64,000 bases of DNA from TPA_inf: Saccharomyces (GCA_000146045.2 BK006945.2:832001-896000); one strand, 5' to 3'; positions 43,736 to 56,632 are shown, counted from the stretch's first letter. Translations and numbers: made by a program. Notes: generated by a model not told the origin, from the letters alone.

Positions 43736-45178
43736 TCACATCAAATCAGAAAATCCTGGAACGAGGTTCTTAGTAAACCCACCTTCCTTGGCGGCAGCTT
43801 CGTAGTAGCCGTAGATGGTGGTAGTAGCCATCAAAATGGATGCCCCAGAACCTAAAGTACCTAGTAGGTCGGAGCCAACAGAAAGAGCACCGATGGTAGC
43901 ACCGCCGAAAGCAGCAGCAGTTGGAATGATCTTCTTCAATTCTCTGTAAATGGAGGTTTCTCTCTTACCGTTAATGACCATGCCTTGATCTTTGAATTGT
44001 TTGGCAATGTCACGTGGGGAAGTGCCGGAGATTTCGATCCATGTCTTGGAAAATACTGCGCATGAACCAAGAACAAATGTGATGTAGACGATGGTCTTGA
44101 TAGGGTCCAGAAGAGCTTCGGATAAAGACATTAATGGTTGGATGTAGTAGGCCAACCCGCTCAAGGCCATTTGAGGGCCCTGGGTGCCCGGCCTGATACC
44201 CCAAACACCGATCAAACGAATCAATGGATTGGTTGGGTATTTCTGGAAAAGGATTTGAGAGATCAAGAAAATGTTAGAAGTCAATGCACTCTGCAACATG
44301 ATTGGGGTGTTGGAAGTATAAAAGAGTTTGATGGGGTAGATACCAATTTGACCTCTCACTTTGGTTGACCTGATGGGCAATTCGTAACGGAAGCCTTGTA
44401 AATATAAAACAAAGAGGAAGATGGCCACGGTCATCAACACTTGGAACATATTAGGTAGATTGGTACGGTAAAAGGCCTCGACAAGGGCTCTTTTCTTGTC
44501 CTTTCTGACAGCCAAAAGATGGAAAAAGGCAATCACAGCACCTTCGAACTCCTTACCACGACCGGAATTGACTGTAGTAGGAGCAAACGCTCTCCAGAAA
44601 ATTTGTTCGGCAATATTGGTTGCCGTGAACAGAGAAATACCGGAACCCAAGCCGTAACCCTTAGATAGCAATTCGTCTAATAACATCACAATCAGCGATG
44701 CAAACATCAATTGAAAGATTAACAACAAACAGATGGGCAATCCGAGGTCCGAAGGGGCACCGTAGTTACCTGTCATGACGACCACAAGGGCTTGGCCCAA
44801 GATCAGAATAATAGCGCACACCTTTTGAGCAATTTGGAACAGCTCTCTGTCCTGCTTGCTCTCAGGTCTGATTTGTAAAAGCTGAGTACCCTGCAAAAAT
44901 TGGAAAATCATAGATGAAGTGATGATGGGCGAAACACCCAATTCCAGTAAAGTACCACGGTTGGAGGCCAGCATGGCACGTAGCCAGTACAGAGGGTCGG
45001 AAGTCTCACTGGACACGATCCCGTACAGCGGAATCTGGCCCAGAATCAAAAAGATCAGTAGAGAAACGCCTGTCCAGATAAGTTTCTGGTTGTATGGAAC
45101 CTTCCTTTCTGGAGCAATCACTTCCGGCAGGAAAGATTCAAATGGCTTAAACAAGTCTAGAACACGGTTGGAGGACAT
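43736..45178 (-). CDS. SEC61: Sec61 (480 aa), the ER translocon channel subunit of the SecY/Sec61-alpha family.
   Basis: [20 protein letters not shown]… Ten transmembrane helices. SecY signature. Start chosen two codons inside the ORF-track start. Confidence 0.95.
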
Positions 45179-45296
45179 TTTCAAAGTAAAGCGTGAACCA
45201 GTGTCAGTTTTTCTACTTGCTACTATATTTAACTATGTTTTTTTCTTTTGCTTTCACCAACTGAACCTTGTAGTAAATGGAGTGAGGTTGAATTGA
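44919..45296 (+). CDS. YLR379W: Dubious 125-aa ORF antisense to the SEC61 5' end (YLR379W).
   Basis: Overlaps the SEC61 N-terminal codons on the opposite strand. No features. Confidence 0.12.
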
Positions 45297-46278
45297 GGAC
45301 TGAAAAAAAGGTTAGTTCGGAGGCCGCTGAAGTTTCCGATTGGGAGCAGGAATTGAGGATGGAGGGTGCAAAGTGAGGTCCTTGATTTGTTGTTTTTACA
45401 CTAAACTACGTTACCACCGTAACGCCAATTCAAGGCAGGAATTATGCTTGTTGTTTGGCAAAAGTTGCCGAAAGAAAGAATGAGAGAGAACGACAAAGAG
45501 AATGAGAGAGAACACGTAAAGCGAAAAATCTGGAGCGCTGCCGCGCCGGGTAACAAGTGTGAAGAGAGAGAGAGATGTAAGGAAGATGAATACATTCAAT
45601 ACATTCTAGCTTATAGCAAGCTTTCAGCAGGCTCAATTGCTTATAGCGGTATAACTGCAACAAGAGTGAAAATTAATATGGTGACGAACGACGGATTCGG
45701 TAGTACAGTGTTATAATGCCGGCAATTACCGTATGCCATCGGAATCCAGATGCATTTCTGAACCTTTCCACTCGGGAAAACCACTCGTCATGTCACACGG
45801 AGAGTTGGCCATGAACTGGCTAATGGGATGGTCTAAGGCGACCACTGTAAGAAGAACAAGAGATGATGCAAGCTAAAGCAAGCAGGTCTCAAATAAACGC
45901 TACTTGTGCCGTTGACAGCTTGTTTATCTTGCACATGGCAAGGCCATCGCGTCCCTGCGTCCCAAGAGTGCGCGGTATACGTGCGGCCCTAAACGAGGCG
46001 GTCTCTGTTCTCTGATATATTTCTTTTCTTTCTTCGTTGTTTTGTTTCGTGTTTGTTGAGCTCCTGCCTTCAATCGGCATCGTCCTCTTGCGTACGTACA
46101 TAAAATCGTTACAGCTTTGTTCACATGGTGAAAACAATAGCGTTTGGTACGCTCTTTAAATCTTGGCACTTGTCACTTACGCTCCTTTAAACAAAATCAA
46201 ACATACAAATATACGGATACGTACGCACACAGAAGCATAAAAGCACAAAAGCACATAAGAAGACCACATATAAACTAG

Positions 46279-47508
<1,230 letters not shown>

Positions 47509-47613
47509 GCCAAGCCACGCGACGCTCCATACTGTATAGACCTTTATTATAAAAACATCTATTTCTTTATATGTCCCTCTATCTTATTTTTCTTTTACTT
47601 TTATTTGTATAAT

Positions 47614-47621
47614 ACGCGAAA
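47614..47621. promoter_or_regulatory. ACGCGAAA (MCB/SCB-type G1/S element) about 105 bp upstream of CTF3.
   Basis: Motif read directly. Kinetochore genes are commonly G1/S-regulated. Confidence 0.35.
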
Positions 47622-47722
47622 AATTATAGAATCATTTATTATCAAAAACAATCAACTATGAAATGAAAAACAATACGCCTGCTAATACGGTTCGCCCTTC
47701 AATTTTTGTTTTTTTTACATGA

Positions 47723-49924
47723 ATGAGTCTTATACTAGATGATATCATCCTCTCACTAACGAATGCTAACGAACGAACGCCACCACAGGCCCTTAAAACC
47801 ACTTTAAGCCTGCTATACGAAAAATCAAAACAATATGGTCTTTCTTCGCCGCAACTACAAGCACTTGTAAGGTTACTCTGTGAAACTTCCATAATAGACA
47901 CAGTTACAAAAGTGTACATCGTCGAAAATTGCTTTTTACCTGATGGCTACTTGACGAAGGAACTTCTTTTGGAGATTATTAACCATCTCGGTACGCCAAC
48001 GGTATTCTCTAGATATCGCATACAAACGCCTCCGGTCCTACAATCTGCGTTGTGCAAATGGTTAGTGCATGTTTATTTCCTATTTCCTGTACATTCAGAA
48101 CGAGAACACAATATATCCAGTTCTATCTGGTTACATTTATGGCAATTCTCGTTCTTACAGAAGTGGATAACTCCCCTGGTTATTTGGCAAGCCACGACGC
48201 CCGTTGATGTCAAACCTTGGAAGTTGTCTATTATCAAGAGATGCGCTATGCATCCAGGTTACCGGGACGCTCCCGGTAGTGCGACGCTTATTTTGCAACG
48301 ATTTCAATGTCTCGTGGGCGCATCCAGTCAGATTACTGAATCAATAATTACCATCAATTGCAATAGAAAGACTTTGAAAAGTCATCGAAACTTAAAATTG
48401 GATGCGCATTTCCTATCCATTTTGAAAAGAATATTATCCAGAGCACATCCCGCTAATTTTCCCGCTGACACTGTCCAAAACACAATTGACATGTACTTGA
48501 GTGAAATTCATCAATTAGGTGCTGATTCTATATACCCACTTCGACTTCAATCACTTCCAGAATATGTTCCCTCTGACAGTACGGTCTCTCTTTGGGATGT
48601 CACTTCATTGGAACAATTAGCTCAAAACTGGCCACAATTGCATATTCCCAATGATGTAGATTACATGATGAAGCCATCTTTAAACAGCAATGTTTTACTG
48701 CCGCGAAAAGTCATGTCTAGGGATTCTCTCAAACACTTGTACTCTAGTATCATTCTCATTAAAAATAGCCGCGATGAGTCGTCATCACCATACGAATGGT
48801 GCATTTGGCAATTGAAGCGATGCTTTGCACATCAGATAGAGACTCCGCAAGAAGTTATTCCCATTATTATTTCGGTGTCCTCAATGGATAATAAACTGTC
48901 TTCTCGCATTATTCAAACGTTTTGTAATTTGAAATACTTAAAACTCGATGAGCTTACGTTGAAAAAGGTTTGTGGCGGAATCTTGCCATTATGGAAGCCT
49001 GAACTAATCAGTGGTACAAGGGAATTTTTCGTTAAGTTTATGGCCAGTATTTTTATGTGGAGTACACGAGATGGTCACGACAATAATTGCACATTTTCTG
49101 AAACTTGTTTTTACGTTTTACAAATGATTACAAACTGGGTTTTAGATGATAAATTGATAGCACTCGGGTTGACACTACTGCATGACATGCAAAGCCTGCT
49201 AACTTTGGACAAAATCTTTAACAATGCTACTTCAAACAGATTTTCTACGATGGCTTTCATCAGCTCGTTAGATATTTTAACTCAACTGTCGAAACAAACG
49301 AAGTCGGATTATGCGATCCAATATTTGATTGTGGGCCCTGACATCATGAATAAAGTGTTCAGTTCGGACGATCCTTTGCTATTATCAGCTGCGTGCAGGT
49401 ACTTGGTTGCTACGAAAAATAAATTGATGCAATACCCGTCAACAAACAAATTCGTTCGGATGCAGAACCAATATATCATGGATTTGACAAATTATCTTTA
49501 CAGGAATAAAGTTCTGTCATCCAAAAGTTTGTTTGGAGTCTCACCAGATTTCTTTAAGCAGATTTTGGAGAATCTTTATATCCCAACTGCAGACTTCAAG
49601 AACGCTAAATTTTTCACGATAACTGGTATACCAGCGCTATCCTACATATGTATTATTATTCTAAGACGACTGGAAACGGCCGAAAATACCAAAATAAAAT
49701 TCACCAGTGGGATCATAAATGAAGAGACGTTTAACAATTTCTTTCGAGTTCATCATGATGAGATTGGCCAGCATGGTTGGATAAAGGGCGTTAATAACAT
49801 TCACGACTTGAGAGTAAAGATTTTAATGCATTTGAGTAACACTGCTAATCCATATAGAGACATTGCAGCATTCTTGTTTACATATTTGAAGAGTCTCTCA
49901 AAGTATAGCGTTCAAAATTCTTAG
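47723..49924 (+). CDS. CTF3: Ctf3 (733 aa), outer-kinetochore CENP-I homologue.
   Basis: 733-aa ORF. Assignment by length and synteny between CSR1 and NAM2. Confidence 0.75.
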   Translation: MSLILDDIILSLTNANERTPPQALKTTLSLLYEKSKQYGLSSPQLQALVRLLCETSIIDTVTKVYIVENCFLPDGYLTKELLLEIINHLGTPTVFSRYRIQTPPVLQSALCKWLVHVYFLFPVHSEREHNISSSIWLHLWQFSFLQKWITPLVIWQATTPVDVKPWKLSIIKRCAMHPGYRDAPGSATLILQRFQCLVGASSQITESIITINCNRKTLKSHRNLKLDAHFLSILKRILSRAHPANFPADTVQNTIDMYLSEIHQLGADSIYPLRLQSLPEYVPSDSTVSLWDVTSLEQLAQNWPQLHIPNDVDYMMKPSLNSNVLLPRKVMSRDSLKHLYSSIILIKNSRDESSSPYEWCIWQLKRCFAHQIETPQEVIPIIISVSSMDNKLSSRIIQTFCNLKYLKLDELTLKKVCGGILPLWKPELISGTREFFVKFMASIFMWSTRDGHDNNCTFSETCFYVLQMITNWVLDDKLIALGLTLLHDMQSLLTLDKIFNNATSNRFSTMAFISSLDILTQLSKQTKSDYAIQYLIVGPDIMNKVFSSDDPLLLSAACRYLVATKNKLMQYPSTNKFVRMQNQYIMDLTNYLYRNKVLSSKSLFGVSPDFFKQILENLYIPTADFKNAKFFTITGIPALSYICIIILRRLETAENTKIKFTSGIINEETFNNFFRVHHDEIGQHGWIKGVNNIHDLRVKILMHLSNTANPYRDIAAFLFTYLKSLSKYSVQNS

Positions 49925-49940
49925 AATATGCATCCACATT

Positions 49941-49969
49941 TATATACATATATATATATATATATATAT
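49941..49969. repeat. (TA)n microsatellite in the CTF3/NAM2 convergent 3' region.
   Basis: tatatacatatatatatatatatatatat read directly. Confidence 0.9.
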
Positions 49970-50066
49970 TATAACTTCCAAAAAGGAGATTGGACAATTT
50001 ATATCTATAAGGCATTAATATTTAACTATTTACAAGCACTAGTGGTAAATTCATGGCGTCATATGA

Positions 50067-52751
50067 TTACTTGTGGAATAAGAAACTAATCACATTGAAT
50101 TTCATGACAAATTTTTTGATTTTTTTATTCATCAAATACATTCTCCCTTCCGGTAAGTTCATCAAAGTTTCAATAACAGCATCCCTACCTAATTTCAAAA
50201 AGTTTTTGTCAGCCGTGTACATGAATTTGACTCTGCCATTTACCACAATTTGAAACTTTTTGAATTTGGACTCAGTAGTGCGCTCAACTTCTGGCCAGCG
50301 GTATTGGTTCCATTCCATTTGGGAGTTGATCATCTCTGCAGCTTCTTCTGAAATTGACGGGACAGCAGGATATATAACGGTTACCAACTTTTGTAAATTC
50401 TGTACTATCATTTCATTCCTTACTTCACCTTTTTTCAATGCACTTTCTAAAATATTGGTTAGCTTCATATAATCAGATATTACAGTGTTTAACGATAGAT
50501 TAACTTCAAATGATTCCGTAATTGATTTCAAGAAGCGTTGGAAATCGTTGTGAAATTTCACTTCTGCATCATTTAAGTCGGTCGGGGTCTTGTAGTCTTT
50601 ACTTATTGCCAAATCCTTCTCGAGACTGAGAATATTTTTGGTCAAATGAAGAACCTTCTGCAACCAACGTTCTATACCAACAATCTTGGATTCATCCCAA
50701 TTCAGGGCATCTGCAATTGGACTTTGGAAGAGGATATGTGCTCTCGTAGCATCAGGTCCATGTCTTAAAATACATTCATTTGGATCTGCACCATTGTATT
50801 TAGATTTCGACATTTTTTCATAAGAGACTACCGGAACCTTGCCATTTGATTTAATAATCACTGTGTTGCCATCTGGAGAGTCATTTACAAAGGTTAACTC
50901 GTCAGGCTTCAAAAATTTACCAGAATCGGGGTCAACATAGGTTTTCCCTTGAACCATTCCTTGTGTCACCAGTTTTTTGAATGGTTCGAAGATGCCAGCA
51001 GGGTCGCTCCATGCATTGATAGATCCGAGAAATTTAGCAATAAACCTTGAGTATAACAAGTGTAAGATAGCATGTTCTACTCCACCAATATAAATATCAA
51101 CCGGCATATTTTTACTTGCAATTTCACGATCAAATGGTTTTGAAGTGTTTTTGGGATCCAAGAATCTGAAATAATACCAAGAACTATCGATAAAAGTATC
51201 CATGGTGTCAGTTTCTCTTTTCGCAGGGCTCCCGCATGAAGGACAGGCGACATTTACAAATTCATCGATTGTGGACAGCGGATTCCCTTTTGTATCCAAG
51301 CCTTCAAGTTCTGGTAGCTTGACAGGTAGATCACTTTCTGGAACGGGGACAGGTCCACAGTTGTCGCAGTGAATGATGGGTATTGGAGTACCCCAGTATC
51401 TTTGTCTACTTATCAGCCAATCTCTAATTTTGTATCTAACGACGCTCTTAGACAGTCCTTCGCTATTCAACATCCCCATTATCGATTTCCTTGCCACTAC
51501 AGTGAGAACTCCTGAGTGTTCTCCGCATTCTTTGGTTAGGACACCGTCAGTAGATGTGAACGGGACAGTATCAATTATTCTTTGTCTTTCCTGTTCAGTT
51601 ACTTTTGAAGCATCGTCAAAAAAAGGTGCTATGCACGTCTTGATATGTTCACCAGGACAATTTGTTTGCCAAAACTCAAAATCTCGGTTATCGTGTCCTG
51701 GACAACCCATTACTGCACTAGGTGCTGAACCATAGCTGCTGACCACATATGGAGCTGCAAATATGGGGACTTCCTCTTTAGTTAAGGGATTTACGGCCTT
51801 TATGTTAGGTAACTGAAATCCTTCCTTCGTATCGTTTGGTAATTGATCACTTTTCTGTATAAACTCTTTTAAATCCGGCATTTCCTCGCAGTATTTTTGT
51901 ACAATTGGGTGGTCTAATGCGAGAGCAACATACTGTACAGCAAAAAGAGTTTCCGGTCTTGTTGTAAAGACAATCAAGTTTTCAAATTTGGGGTCCGCAA
52001 CTTTGAACACTAATTCTGCACCCACAGATTCGCCTATCCAATTTTTTTGCATTTGCTTCACGTTGGAAGGCCAGTCCTTCAGTTGGTTCAAGTGCTTTTT
52101 CAATTTAGGAGCGAATTTCGTTATTCCCAAAAACCACTGTTTTAGCTGCTTCTTTTCCACAATAGCCCCTGATCTCCAAGAACGGCCCTGGGCATCCACT
52201 TGTTCATTAGCCAAAACTGTCATATCAACGGGATCCCAATTAATTTCTGCTTCTTTACGATAAGCTAAGCCATTTTCAAAAAGTTTTAAGAAAATCCATT
52301 GGGTGAATTTATAGTATTCGGGATCACATGTAGTTATTTCTCTGTCCCAATCAAAATTTGCCAGCATACTTTGCATTTGTTGTTTCATTTTTGCAATATT
52401 GTCCCTAGTCCATATGGCCGGATTAATGCTTCTTTCTATAGCAGCGTTCTCGGCAGGTAACCCAAAAGCATCCCATCCCATCGGATGTATCACGTTGTAC
52501 CCTTTTTGTTTGTAAAATCTATTCAAAGAGTCGCTAATGACATAAACTCGGAGATGTCCTATGTGAAGCGCCCCAGAAGGATATGGAAACTGGCACAGAA
52601 TATATTTCGACCCGCTATTCAGAGTATCCTGCTTAGGCAAGCCACGGGTTGTCTTCTGTTTCCATTTCTCCCCAATTGCAATTAATTTTTTCACTGCAGG
52701 TCCAGGGCCCCTTTTAGTGGATAGGAATCGGCTTGAAGGTCGAGACAGCAT
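50067..52751 (-). CDS. NAM2: Mitochondrial leucyl-tRNA synthetase Nam2 (894 aa).
   Basis: Class I aaRS motifs HIGH (…ALHIGHLRVY…) and KMSKS. LeuRS editing-domain region. Start chosen at MLSRPSSRFLSTKRG (mitochondrial presequence), 11 codons inside the ORF-track start. Confidence 0.93.
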   Translation of the reverse strand: MLSRPSSRFLSTKRGPGPAVKKLIAIGEKWKQKTTRGLPKQDTLNSGSKYILCQFPYPSGALHIGHLRVYVISDSLNRFYKQKGYNVIHPMGWDAFGLPAENAAIERSINPAIWTRDNIAKMKQQMQSMLANFDWDREITTCDPEYYKFTQWIFLKLFENGLAYRKEAEINWDPVDMTVLANEQVDAQGRSWRSGAIVEKKQLKQWFLGITKFAPKLKKHLNQLKDWPSNVKQMQKNWIGESVGAELVFKVADPKFENLIVFTTRPETLFAVQYVALALDHPIVQKYCEEMPDLKEFIQKSDQLPNDTKEGFQLPNIKAVNPLTKEEVPIFAAPYVVSSYGSAPSAVMGCPGHDNRDFEFWQTNCPGEHIKTCIAPFFDDASKVTEQERQRIIDTVPFTSTDGVLTKECGEHSGVLTVVARKSIMGMLNSEGLSKSVVRYKIRDWLISRQRYWGTPIPIIHCDNCGPVPVPESDLPVKLPELEGLDTKGNPLSTIDEFVNVACPSCGSPAKRETDTMDTFIDSSWYYFRFLDPKNTSKPFDREIASKNMPVDIYIGGVEHAILHLLYSRFIAKFLGSINAWSDPAGIFEPFKKLVTQGMVQGKTYVDPDSGKFLKPDELTFVNDSPDGNTVIIKSNGKVPVVSYEKMSKSKYNGADPNECILRHGPDATRAHILFQSPIADALNWDESKIVGIERWLQKVLHLTKNILSLEKDLAISKDYKTPTDLNDAEVKFHNDFQRFLKSITESFEVNLSLNTVISDYMKLTNILESALKKGEVRNEMIVQNLQKLVTVIYPAVPSISEEAAEMINSQMEWNQYRWPEVERTTESKFKKFQIVVNGRVKFMYTADKNFLKLGRDAVIETLMNLPEGRMYLMNKKIKKFVMKFNVISFLFHK

Positions 52752-53114
52752 TTTTCCACCGTACACACACGTCGATTTATTCACGTACAGACTCTACAAT
52801 ATAGAGTACTAGCGCCTTGTTTAACACTCTGCTGTGCTCCTTCCTCCAAGTTCTTGATTCTCCACCGGAGCAACAAAACGACTTTCTTCGGTTTCTTTGA
52901 TTCTTCGCGGAGATAAGAAATGAGATTCTTGGATCAAAAAGTGTGTCAGAGGTAGGGAAATGTCAAGCAAGTTCATGAACAGACCAGGAGTAGTATGGCA
53001 TGGTATTAAAGATTTTTCTGTGGTATTTGATAGTTAGGCAAAAGGAACATTTTCATCCAAGTTTTATCAAAATTTCTGTTTTATAGTGAAAATTCTAAGT
53101 TAAACTTGCCAAAA

Positions 53115-53125
53115 ACGCGTCGCGT
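53115..53125. promoter_or_regulatory. Tandem, overlapping MluI cell-cycle boxes (ACGCGTCGCGT) in the NAM2/SMC6 divergent promoter, about 170 bp upstream of SMC6.
   Basis: Perfect palindromic ACGCGT plus an adjacent CGCGT (ACGCGA on the opposite strand). SMC6 is a DNA-repair/replication gene of the class typically driven by MBF. Confidence 0.55.
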
Positions 53126-53287
53126 ATACTAAATTTCAATGTTTGGATCTATCAACATGAATATTTATATTTCATGTAGTGAAGTTCATAATAAGAAAAA
53201 AAGACAAGAGGCATATAGGTTCGCAAGAGATAAGTAGCTGCTGTTAATAATAATAAAGAGCATATTCTTGTTAGATTGCTAAATGGT

Positions 53288-56200
53288 ATGATTTCGACTA
53301 CGATTAGTGGTAAAAGACCTATAGAGCAGGTTGATGATGAGCTACTTTCACTGACTGCGCAGCAGGAAAACGAAGAGCAGCAGCAGCAGAGAAAACGCAG
53401 ACGTCATCAATTTGCCCCCATGACACAGTTTAACAGCAATACACTAGATGAAGACAGCGGGTTTAGGAGCTCCTCTGACGTGGCCACGGCGGATCAAGAT
53501 AACTTTTTGGAAGAGTCACCTTCAGGATATATTAAGAAAGTGATCTTGCGAAACTTTATGTGCCATGAACATTTTGAACTTGAGCTTGGTTCTAGGCTGA
53601 ATTTTATTGTTGGTAATAATGGTAGTGGTAAAAGTGCAATTTTGACCGCCATTACTATTGGTTTGGGAGCCAAGGCTAGCGAGACTAACAGAGGTTCCTC
53701 TTTGAAGGATTTGATTCGTGAAGGTTGTTATTCTGCTAAAATCATCCTTCATCTGGATAATAGCAAGTATGGTGCTTATCAGCAAGGTATTTTTGGTAAC
53801 GAAATTATAGTAGAAAGGATAATTAAGAGAGATGGGCCCGCTTCTTTTAGTTTAAGGTCGGAAAACGGCAAGGAAATTAGCAATAAGAAAAAGGATATTC
53901 AGACGGTAGTGGACTATTTTTCTGTTCCTGTAAGCAACCCCATGTGTTTCCTGTCACAAGACGCTGCTAGGTCTTTCTTAACTGCTAGTACCTCACAGGA
54001 TAAGTATAGCCATTTTATGAAGGGTACTTTACTTCAAGAAATTACCGAGAATTTGCTTTACGCCAGTGCTATTCACGATAGTGCACAAGAAAATATGGCT
54101 CTGCACCTGGAGAATTTGAAGTCTTTGAAAGCTGAATACGAAGATGCCAAAAAACTGTTAAGGGAATTAAATCAGACTTCAGACTTGAACGAAAGGAAAA
54201 TGCTTTTGCAAGCGAAATCGTTATGGATCGATGTTGCCCATAATACAGATGCTTGTAAAAATTTAGAGAATGAAATCAGTGGCATTCAACAGAAAGTTGA
54301 TGAAGTTACTGAGAAAATTAGGAATAGGCAAGAAAAGATTGAAAGATATACATCTGATGGTACTACTATTGAAGCGCAAATTGATGCAAAGGTCATTTAT
54401 GTTAATGAAAAAGATAGTGAGCATCAAAATGCAAGGGAACTGTTAAGAGATGTCAAAAGCAGGTTTGAAAAGGAGAAAAGCAACCAAGCAGAAGCACAAA
54501 GCAATATCGATCAAGGTAGAAAAAAAGTAGATGCTTTGAATAAAACAATTGCGCATTTAGAAGAAGAACTCACGAAGGAAATGGGCGGTGATAAAGATCA
54601 GATGAGACAGGAGCTTGAACAGTTAGAAAAAGCTAATGAAAAATTGAGAGAGGTAAACAATTCTTTAGTTGTAAGTTTGCAAGATGTGAAGAATGAGGAA
54701 AGAGACATCCAACATGAACGTGAGTCTGAATTGAGGACAATTTCACGCAGCATTCAAAACAAAAAAGTGGAATTGCAGAATATTGCTAAGGGTAATGATA
54801 CTTTCTTAATGAATTTTGATCGTAACATGGATCGGCTCTTAAGGACAATAGAGCAAAGAAAAAACGAGTTCGAAACTCCGGCAATTGGACCTCTGGGTTC
54901 CCTTGTAACAATTAGAAAAGGTTTTGAGAAGTGGACACGTTCTATTCAAAGGGCTATTTCATCTTCGCTAAATGCATTTGTTGTGTCGAATCCAAAGGAT
55001 AACAGGTTATTTAGAGACATTATGAGGTCGTGTGGCATAAGAAGTAATATACCCATTGTTACTTATTGCTTGAGTCAATTTGATTATTCGAAAGGTAGAG
55101 CGCATGGAAATTATCCAACTATTGTGGATGCACTAGAATTTTCAAAGCCTGAAATTGAATGCTTATTCGTTGATTTAAGTAGAATTGAAAGAATAGTGTT
55201 AATTGAAGATAAAAACGAAGCCAGAAATTTCTTGCAACGAAATCCCGTGAACGTGAATATGGCTTTATCGCTAAGAGATAGACGTAGTGGGTTCCAGCTC
55301 TCTGGCGGATATCGACTAGATACGGTTACTTATCAAGATAAAATTAGATTAAAGGTCAACTCTTCATCCGACAATGGGACTCAATATTTAAAGGACTTGA
55401 TTGAACAAGAGACCAAAGAATTACAAAATATACGGGACCGTTACGAGGAAAAGCTAAGTGAAGTGAGGTCAAGATTAAAGGAAATAGATGGCAGACTCAA
55501 GAGTACCAAAAATGAAATGAGAAAAACTAATTTTAGGATGACAGAATTAAAAATGAATGTTGGCAAAGTAGTTGATACTGGTATATTAAATTCGAAAATA
55601 AATGAGAGGAAAAATCAAGAACAAGCCATCGCCAGTTACGAAGCCGCTAAAGAAGAATTAGGGCTGAAAATTGAGCAAATTGCACAGGAAGCTCAGCCAA
55701 TTAAAGAGCAATACGATTCTACGAAATTAGCATTGGTGGAAGCACAAGATGAACTGCAACAATTAAAAGAGGACATCAACAGTCGTCAATCTAAAATTCA
55801 AAAATACAAAGATGATACCATTTACTACGAGGATAAAAAAAAAGTCTACTTAGAAAATATAAAGAAAATTGAAGTTAACGTAGCAGCTTTAAAAGAAGGT
55901 ATACAGAGGCAAATTCAAAATGCTTGTGCATTTTGTTCAAAAGAGCGAATTGAGAATGTTGATTTACCAGATACACAAGAGGAGATTAAGCGTGAATTGG
56001 ATAAAGTCTCGAGAATGATTCAAAAAGCTGAAAAAAGCCTAGGATTATCGCAAGAGGAAGTCATCGCATTATTTGAGAAGTGTAGGAATAAATATAAAGA
56101 AGGTCAAAAGAAGTACATGGAGATAGACGAAGCACTGAACAGGTTACATAATTCCCTCAAAGCTCGTGATCAAAACTATAAAAATGCGGAAAAAGGGACT

Positions 56201-56632
56201 TGTTTTGATGCAGATATGGATTTTCGCGCATCATTGAAAGTAAGGAAGTTCTCGGGAAACCTTTCCTTTATTAAGGATACCAAAAGTTTAGAAATATACA
56301 TCTTGACTACTAACGATGAGAAGGCAAGAAACGTTGACACCTTGTCTGGTGGTGAAAAATCGTTTTCCCAAATGGCGCTGTTATTGGCTACATGGAAGCC
56401 GATGCGGTCAAGGATTATTGCGTTGGACGAATTCGACGTTTTCATGGACCAGGTTAACAGGAAGATTGGTACTACTCTCATAGTGAAAAAACTAAAGGAT
56501 ATTGCCAGAACTCAAACTATTATCATTACTCCTCAAGATATCGGGAAAATTGCAGATATCGATAGTTCTGGTGTTAGTATCCACAGAATGAGAGACCCTG
56601 AGAGACAGAATAATTCCAATTTTTATAATTAA
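53288..56632 (+). CDS. SMC6: Smc6 (1114 aa), a structural maintenance of chromosomes protein of the Smc5/6 complex.
   Basis: Walker A (GNNGSGKSA), long coiled coils, C-terminal signature and Walker B (LSGGEKSFSQMALL…ALDEFDVFMD). Start chosen at MISTTISGKRP. Confidence 0.93.
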   Translation: MISTTISGKRPIEQVDDELLSLTAQQENEEQQQQRKRRRHQFAPMTQFNSNTLDEDSGFRSSSDVATADQDNFLEESPSGYIKKVILRNFMCHEHFELELGSRLNFIVGNNGSGKSAILTAITIGLGAKASETNRGSSLKDLIREGCYSAKIILHLDNSKYGAYQQGIFGNEIIVERIIKRDGPASFSLRSENGKEISNKKKDIQTVVDYFSVPVSNPMCFLSQDAARSFLTASTSQDKYSHFMKGTLLQEITENLLYASAIHDSAQENMALHLENLKSLKAEYEDAKKLLRELNQTSDLNERKMLLQAKSLWIDVAHNTDACKNLENEISGIQQKVDEVTEKIRNRQEKIERYTSDGTTIEAQIDAKVIYVNEKDSEHQNARELLRDVKSRFEKEKSNQAEAQSNIDQGRKKVDALNKTIAHLEEELTKEMGGDKDQMRQELEQLEKANEKLREVNNSLVVSLQDVKNEERDIQHERESELRTISRSIQNKKVELQNIAKGNDTFLMNFDRNMDRLLRTIEQRKNEFETPAIGPLGSLVTIRKGFEKWTRSIQRAISSSLNAFVVSNPKDNRLFRDIMRSCGIRSNIPIVTYCLSQFDYSKGRAHGNYPTIVDALEFSKPEIECLFVDLSRIERIVLIEDKNEARNFLQRNPVNVNMALSLRDRRSGFQLSGGYRLDTVTYQDKIRLKVNSSSDNGTQYLKDLIEQETKELQNIRDRYEEKLSEVRSRLKEIDGRLKSTKNEMRKTNFRMTELKMNVGKVVDTGILNSKINERKNQEQAIASYEAAKEELGLKIEQIAQEAQPIKEQYDSTKLALVEAQDELQQLKEDINSRQSKIQKYKDDTIYYEDKKKVYLENIKKIEVNVAALKEGIQRQIQNACAFCSKERIENVDLPDTQEEIKRELDKVSRMIQKAEKSLGLSQEEVIALFEKCRNKYKEGQKKYMEIDEALNRLHNSLKARDQNYKNAEKGTCFDADMDFRASLKVRKFSGNLSFIKDTKSLEIYILTTNDEKARNVDTLSGGEKSFSQMALLLATWKPMRSRIIALDEFDVFMDQVNRKIGTTLIVKKLKDIARTQTIIITPQDIGKIADIDSSGVSIHRMRDPERQNNSNFYN

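Noticed and set aside
45401-45716. Cluster of four overlapping 60-90 aa ORFs on both strands in the SEC61-CSR1 intergenic region.
   Set aside because: They are produced by the GA/CT-rich composition (poly-Glu/Arg/Lys or poly-Ser/Leu translations). They are mutually overlapping in all frames, which is inconsistent with real genes.
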